A stretch of 64,000 nt of DNA, taken from Vulcanimicrobiota bacterium. Lineage in GTDB: Bacteria; Vulcanimicrobiota; Vulcanimicrobiia; Vulcanimicrobiales; Vulcanimicrobiaceae. The translations under genes and the position numbers were made by a program. Under the pieces are notes generated by a model. It searched no databases. It was not told the DNA's origin and saw only the letters and a list, made by a program, of their open reading frames with translations. The stretch's first letter is position 1, and every line of letters starts with the position of its first letter. Location of the stretch: assembly GCA_963777315.1 (NCBI GenBank), contig CAVZQC010000004.1:872231-936230 (forward strand), in the 5' to 3' direction. Of the stretch, positions 46,730-56,391 are shown in pieces.

Positions 46730-47903
46730 GGCAGGTCTGATCATTCAGGCGTTTACTCGACGACTTGCCGCGGAATCTGGGATTTTTGAGATATTTTCTC
46801 CATTTTCTGCCTCTCGCGCCCGGTTTTCCTGGACGAGAGCATGTTTGTTCTGACTTCGAGAGACAATTATCCGGTCGAAAAGTGTCGCAATTTCTTTTTC
46901 GACATGAACAAATTGGAGAGCGCGAAGAGCACGTTCAGGCAGTTTTCGTTTTTTGTTAACCCGCGATAACGCACTTTCTTGAATCCGAAGTATCCTTTGA
47001 CGGTTCCGAAAATATGCTCGGCTCGCGACCGGATCGAGGATTTGCGCCGATTCGTCTCGCGGTCCCGACCGGTCAGCGGGCGATTGCGGTAGGCGCGTTT
47101 GCTGATGAACGCCCGTGCCTGCGGCGACTTCTCGCGGATCGCCTTGGTTTTGCCGGTGTAGGCCGAGTCACCGTAGACGCGCGTTCGCTACCGTGCAGCA
47201 ACTCGGCGACGACCTTGCTATCGTGGACGTTGGCGGCGGTGGCCACGATCGAATGAACCAACTTGGTGCAGCTGTCCACCCCGATATGCGCCTTCATGCC
47301 AAAGAACCATTGGTTACCCTTCATCGTTTGATGCATCTCCGGATCCCGTTCGCCGCGTTGGTTCTTGGTCGAGCTGGGCGCGTGAATGATCGTCGCGTCG
47401 ACAATCGTACCGCCGCTAATCGTGATGCCACAATCCGCCAGATACTGGTTCACTCCAGCAAAAAGCTTCTTGCCCAGGTCATGCCTTTCCAGCAAGTGGC
47501 GAAACTTGCAAATCGTGGTCTCATCCGGAACCGGAGCTTCGCCCAGGTCGATCCGCGCGAAGGCGCGCATCGAGAGCATATCATAGAGCGACTCCTCTAC
47601 GGCCGGGTCACTCAGGTTGAACCACTGTTGCAAAAAGTAGATGCGCAGCATTGTTTCAAGATCGATCGGCCTACGACCAACACCCTCTCCCTTGTAATAG
47701 AACGGCCTGACGATTTTGCGCAAGCGCTTCCAGGGAACAATGCGATCCATCTCTTGCAAGAACTTCGTGCGTCGCGTCGTCTTGGAATGACGCTCGAAAT
47801 CCGTGGTAGCCAAGGTCATCTGCTCTTGCATGCTCATAGGATGATGATAGCTTGAACCGGGGCGTAAGTCGATCCCCTTGGCCGGAAATAAATCGGACCT
47901 GCC
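46730..47903 (-). mobile_element. IS5-family insertion sequence (1174 bp) with 12-bp terminal inverted repeats and a 4-bp target duplication
   Basis: Ends GGCAGGTCTGAT (46730) and GGCAGGTCCGAT (reverse complement ending 47903). ATAG flanks both sides (46726-46729 and 47904-47907). Confidence 0.9.
46867..47837 (-). pseudogene. IS5-family DDE transposase with one base missing near 47184
   Basis: LQQWFNLSDP, PDETTI, VDATII, FGMKAHIGVD. After the shift, manual translation gives VYGDSAY...RSRAEHIF...KVRYRGLTKN...STG*. Confidence 0.88.
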
Positions 47904-47962
47904 ATAGTGTTATGGCTGTAATCCCGCAAGAGGAGAGGTTGCGAGCTCGTTTCAGAGGCCCC

Positions 47963-48811
47963 CTAGAACGTTCCGCGCCGAAGATCTTCGAAGGCTTGCC
48001 GCACCTGCGCTTGCGTGTTCATCACGATCGGTCCGTAGCGCGCCACCGGTTCGCCCAGCGGACGGCCCGCGACAAGCAGAAAACGTCCCCCGTTCGCGCC
48101 GGCGCGCAAGGCGATCGCGTCGCCGCGCGTAAGGGCGGCGAGTTCTCCTCGCGCGAGCGTGCGCGCTGCGACATCGACGCTTCCTTCGTACGCGTAGACG
48201 AAGGCGTTGTGCTCGGACGGCAGCGCGGTTTCAAACGCCGCACCCGCATCCAGCCGGACGTCCAGATAGGTGGGCTGAGTTTGCGCCGCTTGCACCGGTC
48301 CATGCACGCCGTTGAAGCTTCCGGCGACGACGCGAACGTTCGTGCCGGGCAGCGTCACATCCGGTATGCGATCCGGCGCGATATCTTGGTACCGCGGCGC
48401 GATCAGCTTGTCTTTGGCCGGCAGGTTTACCCACAGCTGAAATCCCCACATCAAGCCGTTTTCCTGTTGCGGCATTTCCGAGTGAACGATGCCGCTTCCG
48501 GCAGTCATCCATTGGACGCTCCCGGCGGTCAACAGACCGGAGTTTCCTTTGTTATCGGCGTGACGCATCCGTCCGGCCAACATATACGTCACCGTTTCGA
48601 ATCCGCGATGAGGGTGTTCCGGGAATCCGGCGGCGTAGTCCGTTGCCTGGTCGGAGCGAAATTCGTCGAGCAACAAAAATGGGTCGAGATCGGGTAGTGC
48701 GGGTTGGCCGATGACGCGGTTCAGCCGCACGCCGGCGCCGTCGCTTGTCGGTTGGCCTTGCACGATTATAGCGACTTGGCGTGTGGTTGGCGCTGCGGTG
48801 TTGTTCGTCAT
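47963..48811 (-). CDS. Pirin family protein
   Basis: DPFLLLDEF, HPHRGFETVTY, WMTAGSGIVHSE, QLWVNLP. Confidence 0.95.
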   Translation of the reverse strand: MTNNTAAPTTRQVAIIVQGQPTSDGAGVRLNRVIGQPALPDLDPFLLLDEFRSDQATDYAAGFPEHPHRGFETVTYMLAGRMRHADNKGNSGLLTAGSVQWMTAGSGIVHSEMPQQENGLMWGFQLWVNLPAKDKLIAPRYQDIAPDRIPDVTLPGTNVRVVAGSFNGVHGPVQAAQTQPTYLDVRLDAGAAFETALPSEHNAFVYAYEGSVDVAARTLARGELAALTRGDAIALRAGANGGRFLLVAGRPLGEPVARYGPIVMNTQAQVRQAFEDLRRGTF

Positions 48812-48898
48812 ACTCCCTATAACCCACGGGCGGTTGCAGGGACGTGCGGTCGTCAAATGGGCTGCACGGCTATCGTGCAGCCCATTTCACTGTGGTTC

Positions 48899-49399
48899 TC
48901 AGCAGTAGTTACGGCAGGGCGTTCCGCCGGGACCGGTGGCTGAGGATGCATTTGGTCTAGCCATGTGCCAGGGGCCGTACACGCCGTTGGCTTGATCGGG
49001 CCCCGAGTCGCCCGCAAAGTGATACAGGGCATGCCCCTGATATGACCATTGCCGCGCTCCATCGGTGCGGGTCACCATTACCATGTTGCCTTGGGCTTGC
49101 GCATTGGCACTTGGCGTGAGTAGCGGCCATTCGGAAGTGCATGCTCCCGAACACGCGGTTCCGGGCGGCGTATCACCATCGATGAAATAGAGCGTATGGT
49201 GATTTGCCGGATCGACGAACGCGGCTGCACCTGCCACGGTATCTTGAACCGGAATATTATTTTGCGGCTGGGGTGCCGTGCTCGGTGCGCTCGACGGCAC
49301 GGTAGGCACAGTATAGCCCGCGCCGTTAACGCCTCCGCCGCCGCACGCAGCCAAGCCGGCGATGCTCGCGAATGCGAGCACTTTCAATCGGTCGTACAA
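48899..49399 (-). CDS. Lipoprotein with COG4315-type secreted repeats
   Basis: Lipobox LAAC, TLYF..D...CSGACTSEWP, DGARQWSYQGHALYHFAGD. Confidence 0.82.
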   Translation of the reverse strand: MYDRLKVLAFASIAGLAACGGGGVNGAGYTVPTVPSSAPSTAPQPQNNIPVQDTVAGAAAFVDPANHHTLYFIDGDTPPGTACSGACTSEWPLLTPSANAQAQGNMVMVTRTDGARQWSYQGHALYHFAGDSGPDQANGVYGPWHMARPNASSATGPGGTPCRNYC

Positions 49400-49474
49400 T
49401 TCTTTCTTCTCCTGTGGTGGATTGAGGTTCGTACAAACCGTAGCCGTAAAAAGTGAAAAAATATTGAATGCGGT

Positions 49475-52400
49475 TCACAATGATACAACGGGGGCGCTGA
49501 AAAGACGATCGATCTCGTCGATATCTAGACGCAGCGGGGCCGTCGAGGTTTCCTCGAACAGACTGCTCGCCAGTGCGCCTTTGCGCTCTTGCAATTCGAG
49601 AATGCGTTCCTCCACCGTTCCTTCGGCAATCAGCTTGTACACGAAGACGTGATTGCTCTGGCCGATGCGGTGGGCGCGATCGGTCGCCTGGCGCTGGACT
49701 GCGGGGTTCCACCACGGATCGTAGTGGATCACCGTATCCGCGGCCGTGAGATTGAGACCGGTGCCGCCCGCGCGTAGGCTGATCAAAAAAAGCGGAACTT
49801 CTTTGCTTTGGAAGCGTTGCACCGGCACCTGGCGATCGCGCGTGTCGCCGCGCAGTTCCACAAACCTCATTTGCCGTTTGGACAATTCCGGCTTCATCAA
49901 GTCGAGCATCGAGGTGAACTGAGAAAACAGCAGCACGCGCCGGCCGTCCTCGAGCAGACTGTCCAGCATGTCCAACAGCGCGTCGAGCTTCTGCGATTCC
50001 TTCACGCCTTCCGCGGCGGGAAGACGCACGAGACGCGGATCGCAGCACACCTGCCGCAGTTTGAGCAAAGCATCGAGCACGACGATGCGACTGCGCGCGA
50101 GACCTCGCCTTGCGACCTCGTCGCGCACGCGCTTGTGCATCGCCAGCCGAATCGTCTCGTACAGGTCGCGCTGCGCACCGGCCAGTTCGATGCGTTGCAC
50201 GATCTCGGTCTTTTCGGGCAGATCGGCGGCCACGCGCTCTTTCGTGCGGCGCAGCAGAAACGGGCGCAGACGCGCGGCGAGCGACGCGCGGCGCAGCGTA
50301 TCACCTCGCTTTTCGATCGGCGTGCGAAACAGCCGGGCGAAGGCCGTGCGTTCGCCCAGCAGTCCCGGCACGGCGAACGCGTAGATCGACCATAGTTCTT
50401 CCAAGTGATTTTCGATCGGCGTTCCGGTCATGGCAATCCGTTGACCGGCACGCAGCGCTCGCGCGGCGGCCGCGGCCTTGGCGCGGGGGTTCTTCACCGC
50501 CTGCGCTTCGTCGAGCACCGCGATCGACCACTCGCGTTCGAGCAGGTGTTCCGCGTCGCGCGGCAGCAGTGCGTACGTGCTCAGCACGATATCGGCGCCT
50601 TCGATTTGATCCACGCGCTGCGCGCGATCGGGTCCGGTCAGCGCGACGACGCGCAGTTTCGGCACGAATCGCGCGATCTCGGCGCGCCAGTTCGGCACGA
50701 CGCTTGTCGGCGCAACGATGAGCACCGGCCGGCGCAAGCGTTGCGCGCTTTTTTCGGCCGCAACGTGCGCGAGCAGCTGCACGGTCTTTCCCAGGCCCAT
50801 GTCGTCGGCTAAAACGCCGCCGAAACCATGTTTGCGCAGCACGCCAAGCCATGCGACGCCGTCGCGCTGGTATGGACGAAGCTCCGATTTGAAGGTTGCG
50901 GGCGTTTGGAACGACGTGCCGTCGAGCGAGGATAGCTCGTCAAGCAGCCGGTGCAGCGAATCGGCGGCTGCACCGCCCAACTGGACGGCTCCGTCCAAGT
51001 TTGCCAACGTGCCGGCCTGCACGCGAGCGATCGGCAAGCGGCCTTCTTCCGTCAGCGCGTCGCGGCCGAAGAGATCGACGAGCGCGGCTAACACGCGGCT
51101 GACGCGAGCGGCCGGCAGCGCCAAATATTTTCCGTTCGGAAGCTTGCCGTACACCGGCTCCGCGCGCTGCGAAAGTTCGGCGAGATCGCTTCCCGGACCG
51201 ATGCCCTCGGCGGCAATGGCTGCAATGATGATCGGCAGCAACGCCACCCGCTCACCGTGCAGATCGATCCCGAGATCGAACTCGAACCAGGATAATTCGG
51301 TCTCGTGCAGATCCGCCTGCCACTCCCGATCGGCCTGCTCGACTTCGAACGGAAAGCTGTCGTCGATTTCGATGCGCCAACCGCCTTGGCGCAGCTGCGG
51401 CATCGCCGCGTCGAGAAAGCGCAGCCACGCCAGATCGCCGTCGGCACGTGGCCGCAACAAGAAGCGCCCACGGCCCTCGAATTGCTGTGGCCATCCGGCC
51501 GGCACGAAGTCCAACTCTTCCATGCGCGCCCGCACGCCGCTCTCGAACGCAATCCTGCGCGGCCAGATAGCGGCAGTTTCACCCTCGTACACGTGCAGCG
51601 CGCGATCGTCTTGGCCGGGATAAACCAGCCGATCGCCGTAGGCGAACTGTAACTCGGCCGTCGGGGACGAGCCGCTCAAACGCAGCACCGGAATGGGATC
51701 GCGATCGATCACATGCTCTTCGATGGCGGCTTTCGGCAGTTCGATTCCGGAACCCGAAAATGCGCCTCGCAAAAATATCTGCGTTCGTTTGGCCTGCTCC
51801 GCGGTGAGCGCCGGCACCGTGGCCACGTGCGCGGCAAGCTCCGGAGTTGCGCCGACGCGTGCCGGACCGGCCGATCTCGCCAGCGTGTCGACGTACCAAA
51901 GCGGCGATGACGGAATGAGCACGCTCGCGGGCAGGCCGTCCAGCTGCGGCCGTTGACGATCGTCTTCTCCCAGCCGCCATGCGATGCGAGCGTCCGCGAG
52001 GGCGCGACGTTCGAGCGGGGCCTGCGTCATCGACCGCCAGTGCAGCCTTCCGGTGTCGATCATCAGTTCCAGCAGCGTTCCGAGGATGACGGGCGAGACG
52101 TTGCCGAGGCCGCCGAGCAGGCCGCTTGCGTTGACTAAACGGCCGATCGTGCGATCGACCGGAGTGGTGCGCCTGGCATTGCCGGTTGCCAAGTTGTACA
52201 GGTCGAAACGGCGCGATGTTCCGGGGCTGCCGTTTTGCAGCATCGGCACGACGTAAGCGCTCAACTCAAAATGCGGCACGTAATACCGCTCGGTCACGTC
52301 GATAACGTAGTGTACGTTTTCGCGTGACGCCCTGGGCGCGACGCAGGTCTGCAGCGCAGCGAAGGTTTGCGCCCAACTGTCCACGGCTCCGTCGGCGGCA

Positions 52401-52696
52401 TCACGTTGCGGCTCGCTGCGCCCCCCGTATATGATCGCGAGCGCGACCGCGGCCGCGTGCTTGCAACGCATGCCCACCGGGCACGAACATTCGCCGACGA
52501 TGATCTTGCGGCTCAGCCGCTCCTGCATGCGCAGCTTTACATGGTAAGGCGCTCGCCGAGAGCCGACGACCTCGGCTTGGACCACGCTACCGTCGTCGCG
52601 CACGCCGACGACGCGCCTGCGATTGAAATACTCCAGCCCGCGCTCAAGCGTGGTCGAATCGAAAGAAGCGCGAATATCTGCGTGATCGATCTGCAT
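49475..52696 (-). CDS. SWIM zinc-finger SNF2-family helicase
   Basis: CSCPVGMRCKHAAA, LRPYQRDG, LADDMGLGKT, DEAQ, TGTPIEN, DPWWNPA, RAHRIGQ. Confidence 0.95.
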   Translation of the reverse strand: MQIDHADIRASFDSTTLERGLEYFNRRRVVGVRDDGSVVQAEVVGSRRAPYHVKLRMQERLSRKIIVGECSCPVGMRCKHAAAVALAIIYGGRSEPQRDAADGAVDSWAQTFAALQTCVAPRASRENVHYVIDVTERYYVPHFELSAYVVPMLQNGSPGTSRRFDLYNLATGNARRTTPVDRTIGRLVNASGLLGGLGNVSPVILGTLLELMIDTGRLHWRSMTQAPLERRALADARIAWRLGEDDRQRPQLDGLPASVLIPSSPLWYVDTLARSAGPARVGATPELAAHVATVPALTAEQAKRTQIFLRGAFSGSGIELPKAAIEEHVIDRDPIPVLRLSGSSPTAELQFAYGDRLVYPGQDDRALHVYEGETAAIWPRRIAFESGVRARMEELDFVPAGWPQQFEGRGRFLLRPRADGDLAWLRFLDAAMPQLRQGGWRIEIDDSFPFEVEQADREWQADLHETELSWFEFDLGIDLHGERVALLPIIIAAIAAEGIGPGSDLAELSQRAEPVYGKLPNGKYLALPAARVSRVLAALVDLFGRDALTEEGRLPIARVQAGTLANLDGAVQLGGAAADSLHRLLDELSSLDGTSFQTPATFKSELRPYQRDGVAWLGVLRKHGFGGVLADDMGLGKTVQLLAHVAAEKSAQRLRRPVLIVAPTSVVPNWRAEIARFVPKLRVVALTGPDRAQRVDQIEGADIVLSTYALLPRDAEHLLEREWSIAVLDEAQAVKNPRAKAAAAARALRAGQRIAMTGTPIENHLEELWSIYAFAVPGLLGERTAFARLFRTPIEKRGDTLRRASLAARLRPFLLRRTKERVAADLPEKTEIVQRIELAGAQRDLYETIRLAMHKRVRDEVARRGLARSRIVVLDALLKLRQVCCDPRLVRLPAAEGVKESQKLDALLDMLDSLLEDGRRVLLFSQFTSMLDLMKPELSKRQMRFVELRGDTRDRQVPVQRFQSKEVPLFLISLRAGGTGLNLTAADTVIHYDPWWNPAVQRQATDRAHRIGQSNHVFVYKLIAEGTVEERILELQERKGALASSLFEETSTAPLRLDIDEIDRLFSAPVVSL

Positions 52697-52886
52697 CGGC
52701 AAAACCGCCCCTTTTCCCCGAGCCGTCGCTGCGCACCCGCAGTCCACTGCTTGCAAATGCTGCGCACGCATCAGGTGCGCGCTGCTCATCAACGCAAATG
52801 CAGCCCATCAAAGCAAGGGAGCCTTCCGTCGCGAAATTTCGGAGCGCAAGTTTTCGTTTCTAGGCTCGAGAGGAACATAGAACAGC

Positions 52887-53774
52887 ATGAACCGGCTCCT
52901 GGGCGTCCTAATCTCCGCACTCCTGGCGCTGACCTGCGTCGCACCTGCCTGCGCGTACACCGATGAAGAGCAGCAGGAGCTGCAGATCGGACAGCAAGTG
53001 TACCAGCAGCTTTCGCAAAAGGGCGAAATCATTCATAGCTCGCCCTACTATACGACGCTCGACTCTATAGCGGCCCGCGTTACGCCGGTAGCCGATAAAA
53101 AATACTTTACGCCCTTCCATTTCATTCTGGTCCATGAGAGCCAGCCCAACGCGTTCGCGGTTCCCGGAGGAAACGTTTACGTGACCGACTCGATGATGAC
53201 GTTCGTGAAAAACAAGGAAGAACTCGCCGGTGTGCTCTGCCACGAAGTTTCGCACGACATTCATCACGACGTCTACAATCTGTACGTAAAAGATCAGCGT
53301 TTATCGCTCTATGCAACGGGCTTGTCGCTGCTGCTGGGCGGCGGACGCAGCCAACTGGCAAACACGATCATCGGTTTTGCGGCAAACGTTCAGGCGCTGC
53401 ATTTTTCCCGCGACGTCGAGCACAACGCCGATGCAACGGGAGCCTACGTCTGTGCCCAATCCGGCATCACGCCGTACGGCATGATTTGGCTCATGCAGCA
53501 GTTCGAGGCCAATCCGACTGCCAGTCCCCCTGAGTTCCTTTCCGATCACCCCAGCGACAGCCACCGCGTCGAAGCGCTCAAGAACGAGTTTGCTTCGGAT
53601 CCGTCGACGTTTTCCAGATTCAACTCCAACATCGCATGCTCGACGCCTACGGGCATCGCGGGTTGGAACGATCAATACAAGGGCGGCTGCGGCCGCCGGC
53701 AAGCTGCTCCGGTGCATAAAACCGCCGACCGAAGCCCGCGCTGCCCGGCGAACTGGAAGTTCTGCACTAAGTGA
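52887..53774 (+). CDS. M48-family secreted metalloprotease
   Basis: Signal peptide, PNAFAVPGG, ELAGVLCHEVSH, FSRDVEHNAD, FLSDHP. Confidence 0.92.
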   Translation: MNRLLGVLISALLALTCVAPACAYTDEEQQELQIGQQVYQQLSQKGEIIHSSPYYTTLDSIAARVTPVADKKYFTPFHFILVHESQPNAFAVPGGNVYVTDSMMTFVKNKEELAGVLCHEVSHDIHHDVYNLYVKDQRLSLYATGLSLLLGGGRSQLANTIIGFAANVQALHFSRDVEHNADATGAYVCAQSGITPYGMIWLMQQFEANPTASPPEFLSDHPSDSHRVEALKNEFASDPSTFSRFNSNIACSTPTGIAGWNDQYKGGCGRRQAAPVHKTADRSPRCPANWKFCTK

Positions 53775-54750
53775 TGCGGTCGTTGAGCGTTTTGAGCAGC
53801 TTGACGATTGCCCAGGAGCCACGCTTAAAATCCGAGCACAGGGATCGAACGATCTCGCCTTTGCGTTTGCCTTGTTCTGCCAGTATGCGATACCGTTGAA
53901 CGAGCGCGTCGATTTCGCCGTCGCTCCACGGCTTGCGCGCATTTTCAACGCGATGCTCGCGCAAGGGCGTGCGCAGCAACGGCAGAAGCTCGCCCGGCTG
54001 CACTGACGCGATGACCGGCACGCGGCTCGCAAACGTCGCGGTCGAGAGTTCGAAACCCACGAAGCGGCGATTCATGCCGATGGCGACGATTGCCGTCGAT
54101 CCGCCTCCCATGAAGAAATCGCAGACGAGGTCGCCCTGGTTGCTGGAGTACTGCAGCAGTTTCTTGAGCAATTCTTTGGGAAGCTCGTTCTTGTTCTTTT
54201 CCCGTCCGGGCTTGTACTCGCGATTGACGACGAACACGTCTTCGCGGTCGCGGTAGTTCTCGCTTCCGCCGCCGCGGGGCGACTCATCGGTGGCGTACCG
54301 CGACTGCAGGTTGAACGTGCGCCGGCCTCCGGGCTTCTCGTAGTATAAAATGTGATAGTGCGACGACACGAATTTCCTGCTGGTAAAGACGCCGAAGTTG
54401 AACTTCCAGATCAGATGGTTCACTTCGTGAAGTGCAGCCGTGCGCAGCGCGCCGAGCACGTCGTACAAGTTGGTGTACCCCGACACGATGTAGATGCTGC
54501 CGCCGGGGCGAAGGACGCGCTGCGCCTGCCCAATCCACGCGCGCGTAAACTCGGCGTATGCCGTCGCCGGGACCTCGATGTACCCGTCGACGACGAAACG
54601 CTCGTCGCGGTTGTAATGGCGATGCAGCCGGTCGCCCTCGATACCGTACGGGGGATCCGTGACGATGAGATCGACGGAGTCGTCCGCGAGGTGCTCTACT
54701 GCTCCGCCGATCGCATCGATGTTGTAAAAGCGGTTTCCACGAACGTTCAC
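53767..54750 (-). CDS. Site-specific N6-A/N4-C DNA methyltransferase (beta order) with a C-terminal extension
   Basis: DLIVTDPPY precedes DFFMGGGST. GTG start chosen 7 nt after TGnTATAGT (possibly leaderless). Confidence 0.88.
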   Translation of the reverse strand: MNVRGNRFYNIDAIGGAVEHLADDSVDLIVTDPPYGIEGDRLHRHYNRDERFVVDGYIEVPATAYAEFTRAWIGQAQRVLRPGGSIYIVSGYTNLYDVLGALRTAALHEVNHLIWKFNFGVFTSRKFVSSHYHILYYEKPGGRRTFNLQSRYATDESPRGGGSENYRDREDVFVVNREYKPGREKNKNELPKELLKKLLQYSSNQGDLVCDFFMGGGSTAIVAIGMNRRFVGFELSTATFASRVPVIASVQPGELLPLLRTPLREHRVENARKPWSDGEIDALVQRYRILAEQGKRKGEIVRSLCSDFKRGSWAIVKLLKTLNDRIT

Positions 54751-54812
54751 ACCACGTACTATAACACGGCTTCGCAAAAGGTCAGCCCGCCGTTTCGAGA
54801 TAATGGTACGGC

Positions 54813-56336
54813 ATGAATGCATTGCTGTTCGCGGGGATGCTGGCGCTGAATACCGCACCCGGGGCGCAACGACCGCCCGACGGAACGTACGCGTACTCGC
54901 TCGTTCAGAACGGGCGCGCAATGGGAACGAGCGAAGTGGTATTCAAGACGCAATGGCCGACGCTTACGGTGCAGGAACGTGCAACGATTGGGTCGCTGCA
55001 GGTGACCACGAACACGTCGCTGGATGCCGCAACTCTTCGCGAGCTCTCGTACGACGGCTTTTCTCCGCAGCAAGGCTCGTTCGCGGTCAGCTTTGCAGGA
55101 GACGTCGCCACCTTGCACTCCGGCAGCGTGATGCTGCCGCTCAAAGCCGTTGCGGGTTCACCGACGCTCGTCGTGGGCGATGGTTTGGTTTCGAGTTACG
55201 CGATCTTGCCGGCGCTGGTGCACGCGACCGGGGTCAAAAGCTTTACGCTCGCGGCGCTCAACGGAGCCAAGGCGTTGCCTGTAATGGTTGGAACGGCAAC
55301 GGGCAAATATGCGGGCGATGCGGGCATGACTGTGACGTTCGGCGGTGCAACGGCCACGCTGTGGTACGATCCGGCGACGTACGTGCTCGACCGCGTCGAC
55401 AATCCGACGAGCGGCGTGCAGATTCGCTTAACGTCGCATAGCGCCGGCGCGCGGATCGCCCCGACACCGAGTCCTGCGCCGACGGCGACGCCGGTGCCGC
55501 TTGCGCCCGCGCGCTACACGAGCCGCGACGTGACGTTCCCCGCCGCCGGCGGAGCGCAAATCGCCGGCGTGCTGACTATACCGTCGCGCTCGGCAAGGCC
55601 GCTGCCCACGATCGTCATGGCGCCGGGAAGCGGCCCTCAGGACCGCGACGAAACGATCGGGCCGAACAAGATTTTTCTGCAGCTTGCCAATGCATTGTCC
55701 AACCACGGGTACGCCGTGCTCCGCTACGACAAGCGCGGCATCGGCAAAAGCATCGGCACCGACGCGGATCTGCGCCGGAACGCCGTCGCGGATATCGATG
55801 CGGCGTTTCATTACGCGCAGACGCTGAGCGAAGTGGACAAGCGACGGATCTATTTACTCGGGCATAGCGAGGGCGCAGCCGGCGTTCCGATCGTCGCCGC
55901 GCGCGAAAGCGGCATTCGCGGGATCATCCTGCTCGCGCCTCCGGCCATACCGCTAACGCAAGTGATCGCCAAACAGGCGCATTTGAGCGACGCTGCCTAT
56001 CGCAAACGATTGGCCGGCGCCGCTGCGCCCGTTCGGGCGTTCGTACGGAGCTGGGCGGACTACGTTCCGGCCCGGACGATTGCCAAGGTACGCTGCCCCA
56101 TCCTCGTCATTCAAGGCGCGAAGGATTTTCAAGTGCTGCCGGGCGATCTTCCCACGCTCGTGAATGCCGCCAAAGCGGCGAATCGCAACATTACCGTTCG
56201 CATATTGCCCGACGACGATCATATTTTCCTCAAAGTGCCGCCCGGACGCGAATCGACGCTCGCAGAGTACTACGTTGCGGGCTACATCGATCCGGCGGTC
56301 GCTTCGACGATTTTAGGCTGGCTGCGCACGCAGTAA
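54813..56336 (+). CDS. Secreted alpha/beta hydrolase with an N-terminal extra domain
   Basis: GSGPQDRD, RYDKRGIG, GHSEG nucleophile elbow, QGAKDFQV, DDHIF. Pro/Thr linker. Confidence 0.88.
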   Translation: MNALLFAGMLALNTAPGAQRPPDGTYAYSLVQNGRAMGTSEVVFKTQWPTLTVQERATIGSLQVTTNTSLDAATLRELSYDGFSPQQGSFAVSFAGDVATLHSGSVMLPLKAVAGSPTLVVGDGLVSSYAILPALVHATGVKSFTLAALNGAKALPVMVGTATGKYAGDAGMTVTFGGATATLWYDPATYVLDRVDNPTSGVQIRLTSHSAGARIAPTPSPAPTATPVPLAPARYTSRDVTFPAAGGAQIAGVLTIPSRSARPLPTIVMAPGSGPQDRDETIGPNKIFLQLANALSNHGYAVLRYDKRGIGKSIGTDADLRRNAVADIDAAFHYAQTLSEVDKRRIYLLGHSEGAAGVPIVAARESGIRGIILLAPPAIPLTQVIAKQAHLSDAAYRKRLAGAAAPVRAFVRSWADYVPARTIAKVRCPILVIQGAKDFQVLPGDLPTLVNAAKAANRNITVRILPDDDHIFLKVPPGRESTLAEYYVAGYIDPAVASTILGWLRTQ

Positions 56337-56391
56337 AGCCGTGCCCGCGGGCCGCCATGGCCGCCGAGCCGCCGCGGCGAATCGGCTCAGC

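Noticed and set aside
47175..47195. Programmed frameshift in the IS5 transposase
   Set aside because: No A-rich slippery sequence at the site. This transposase type is normally one ORF, so a simple deletion or error is more likely.
49475..54750. SNF2 helicase plus methyltransferase as a defence island (DISARM/BREX-like)
   Set aside because: They are separated by a secreted M48 protease. The SWIM-SNF2 looks like the common housekeeping type and no partner defence genes are present.
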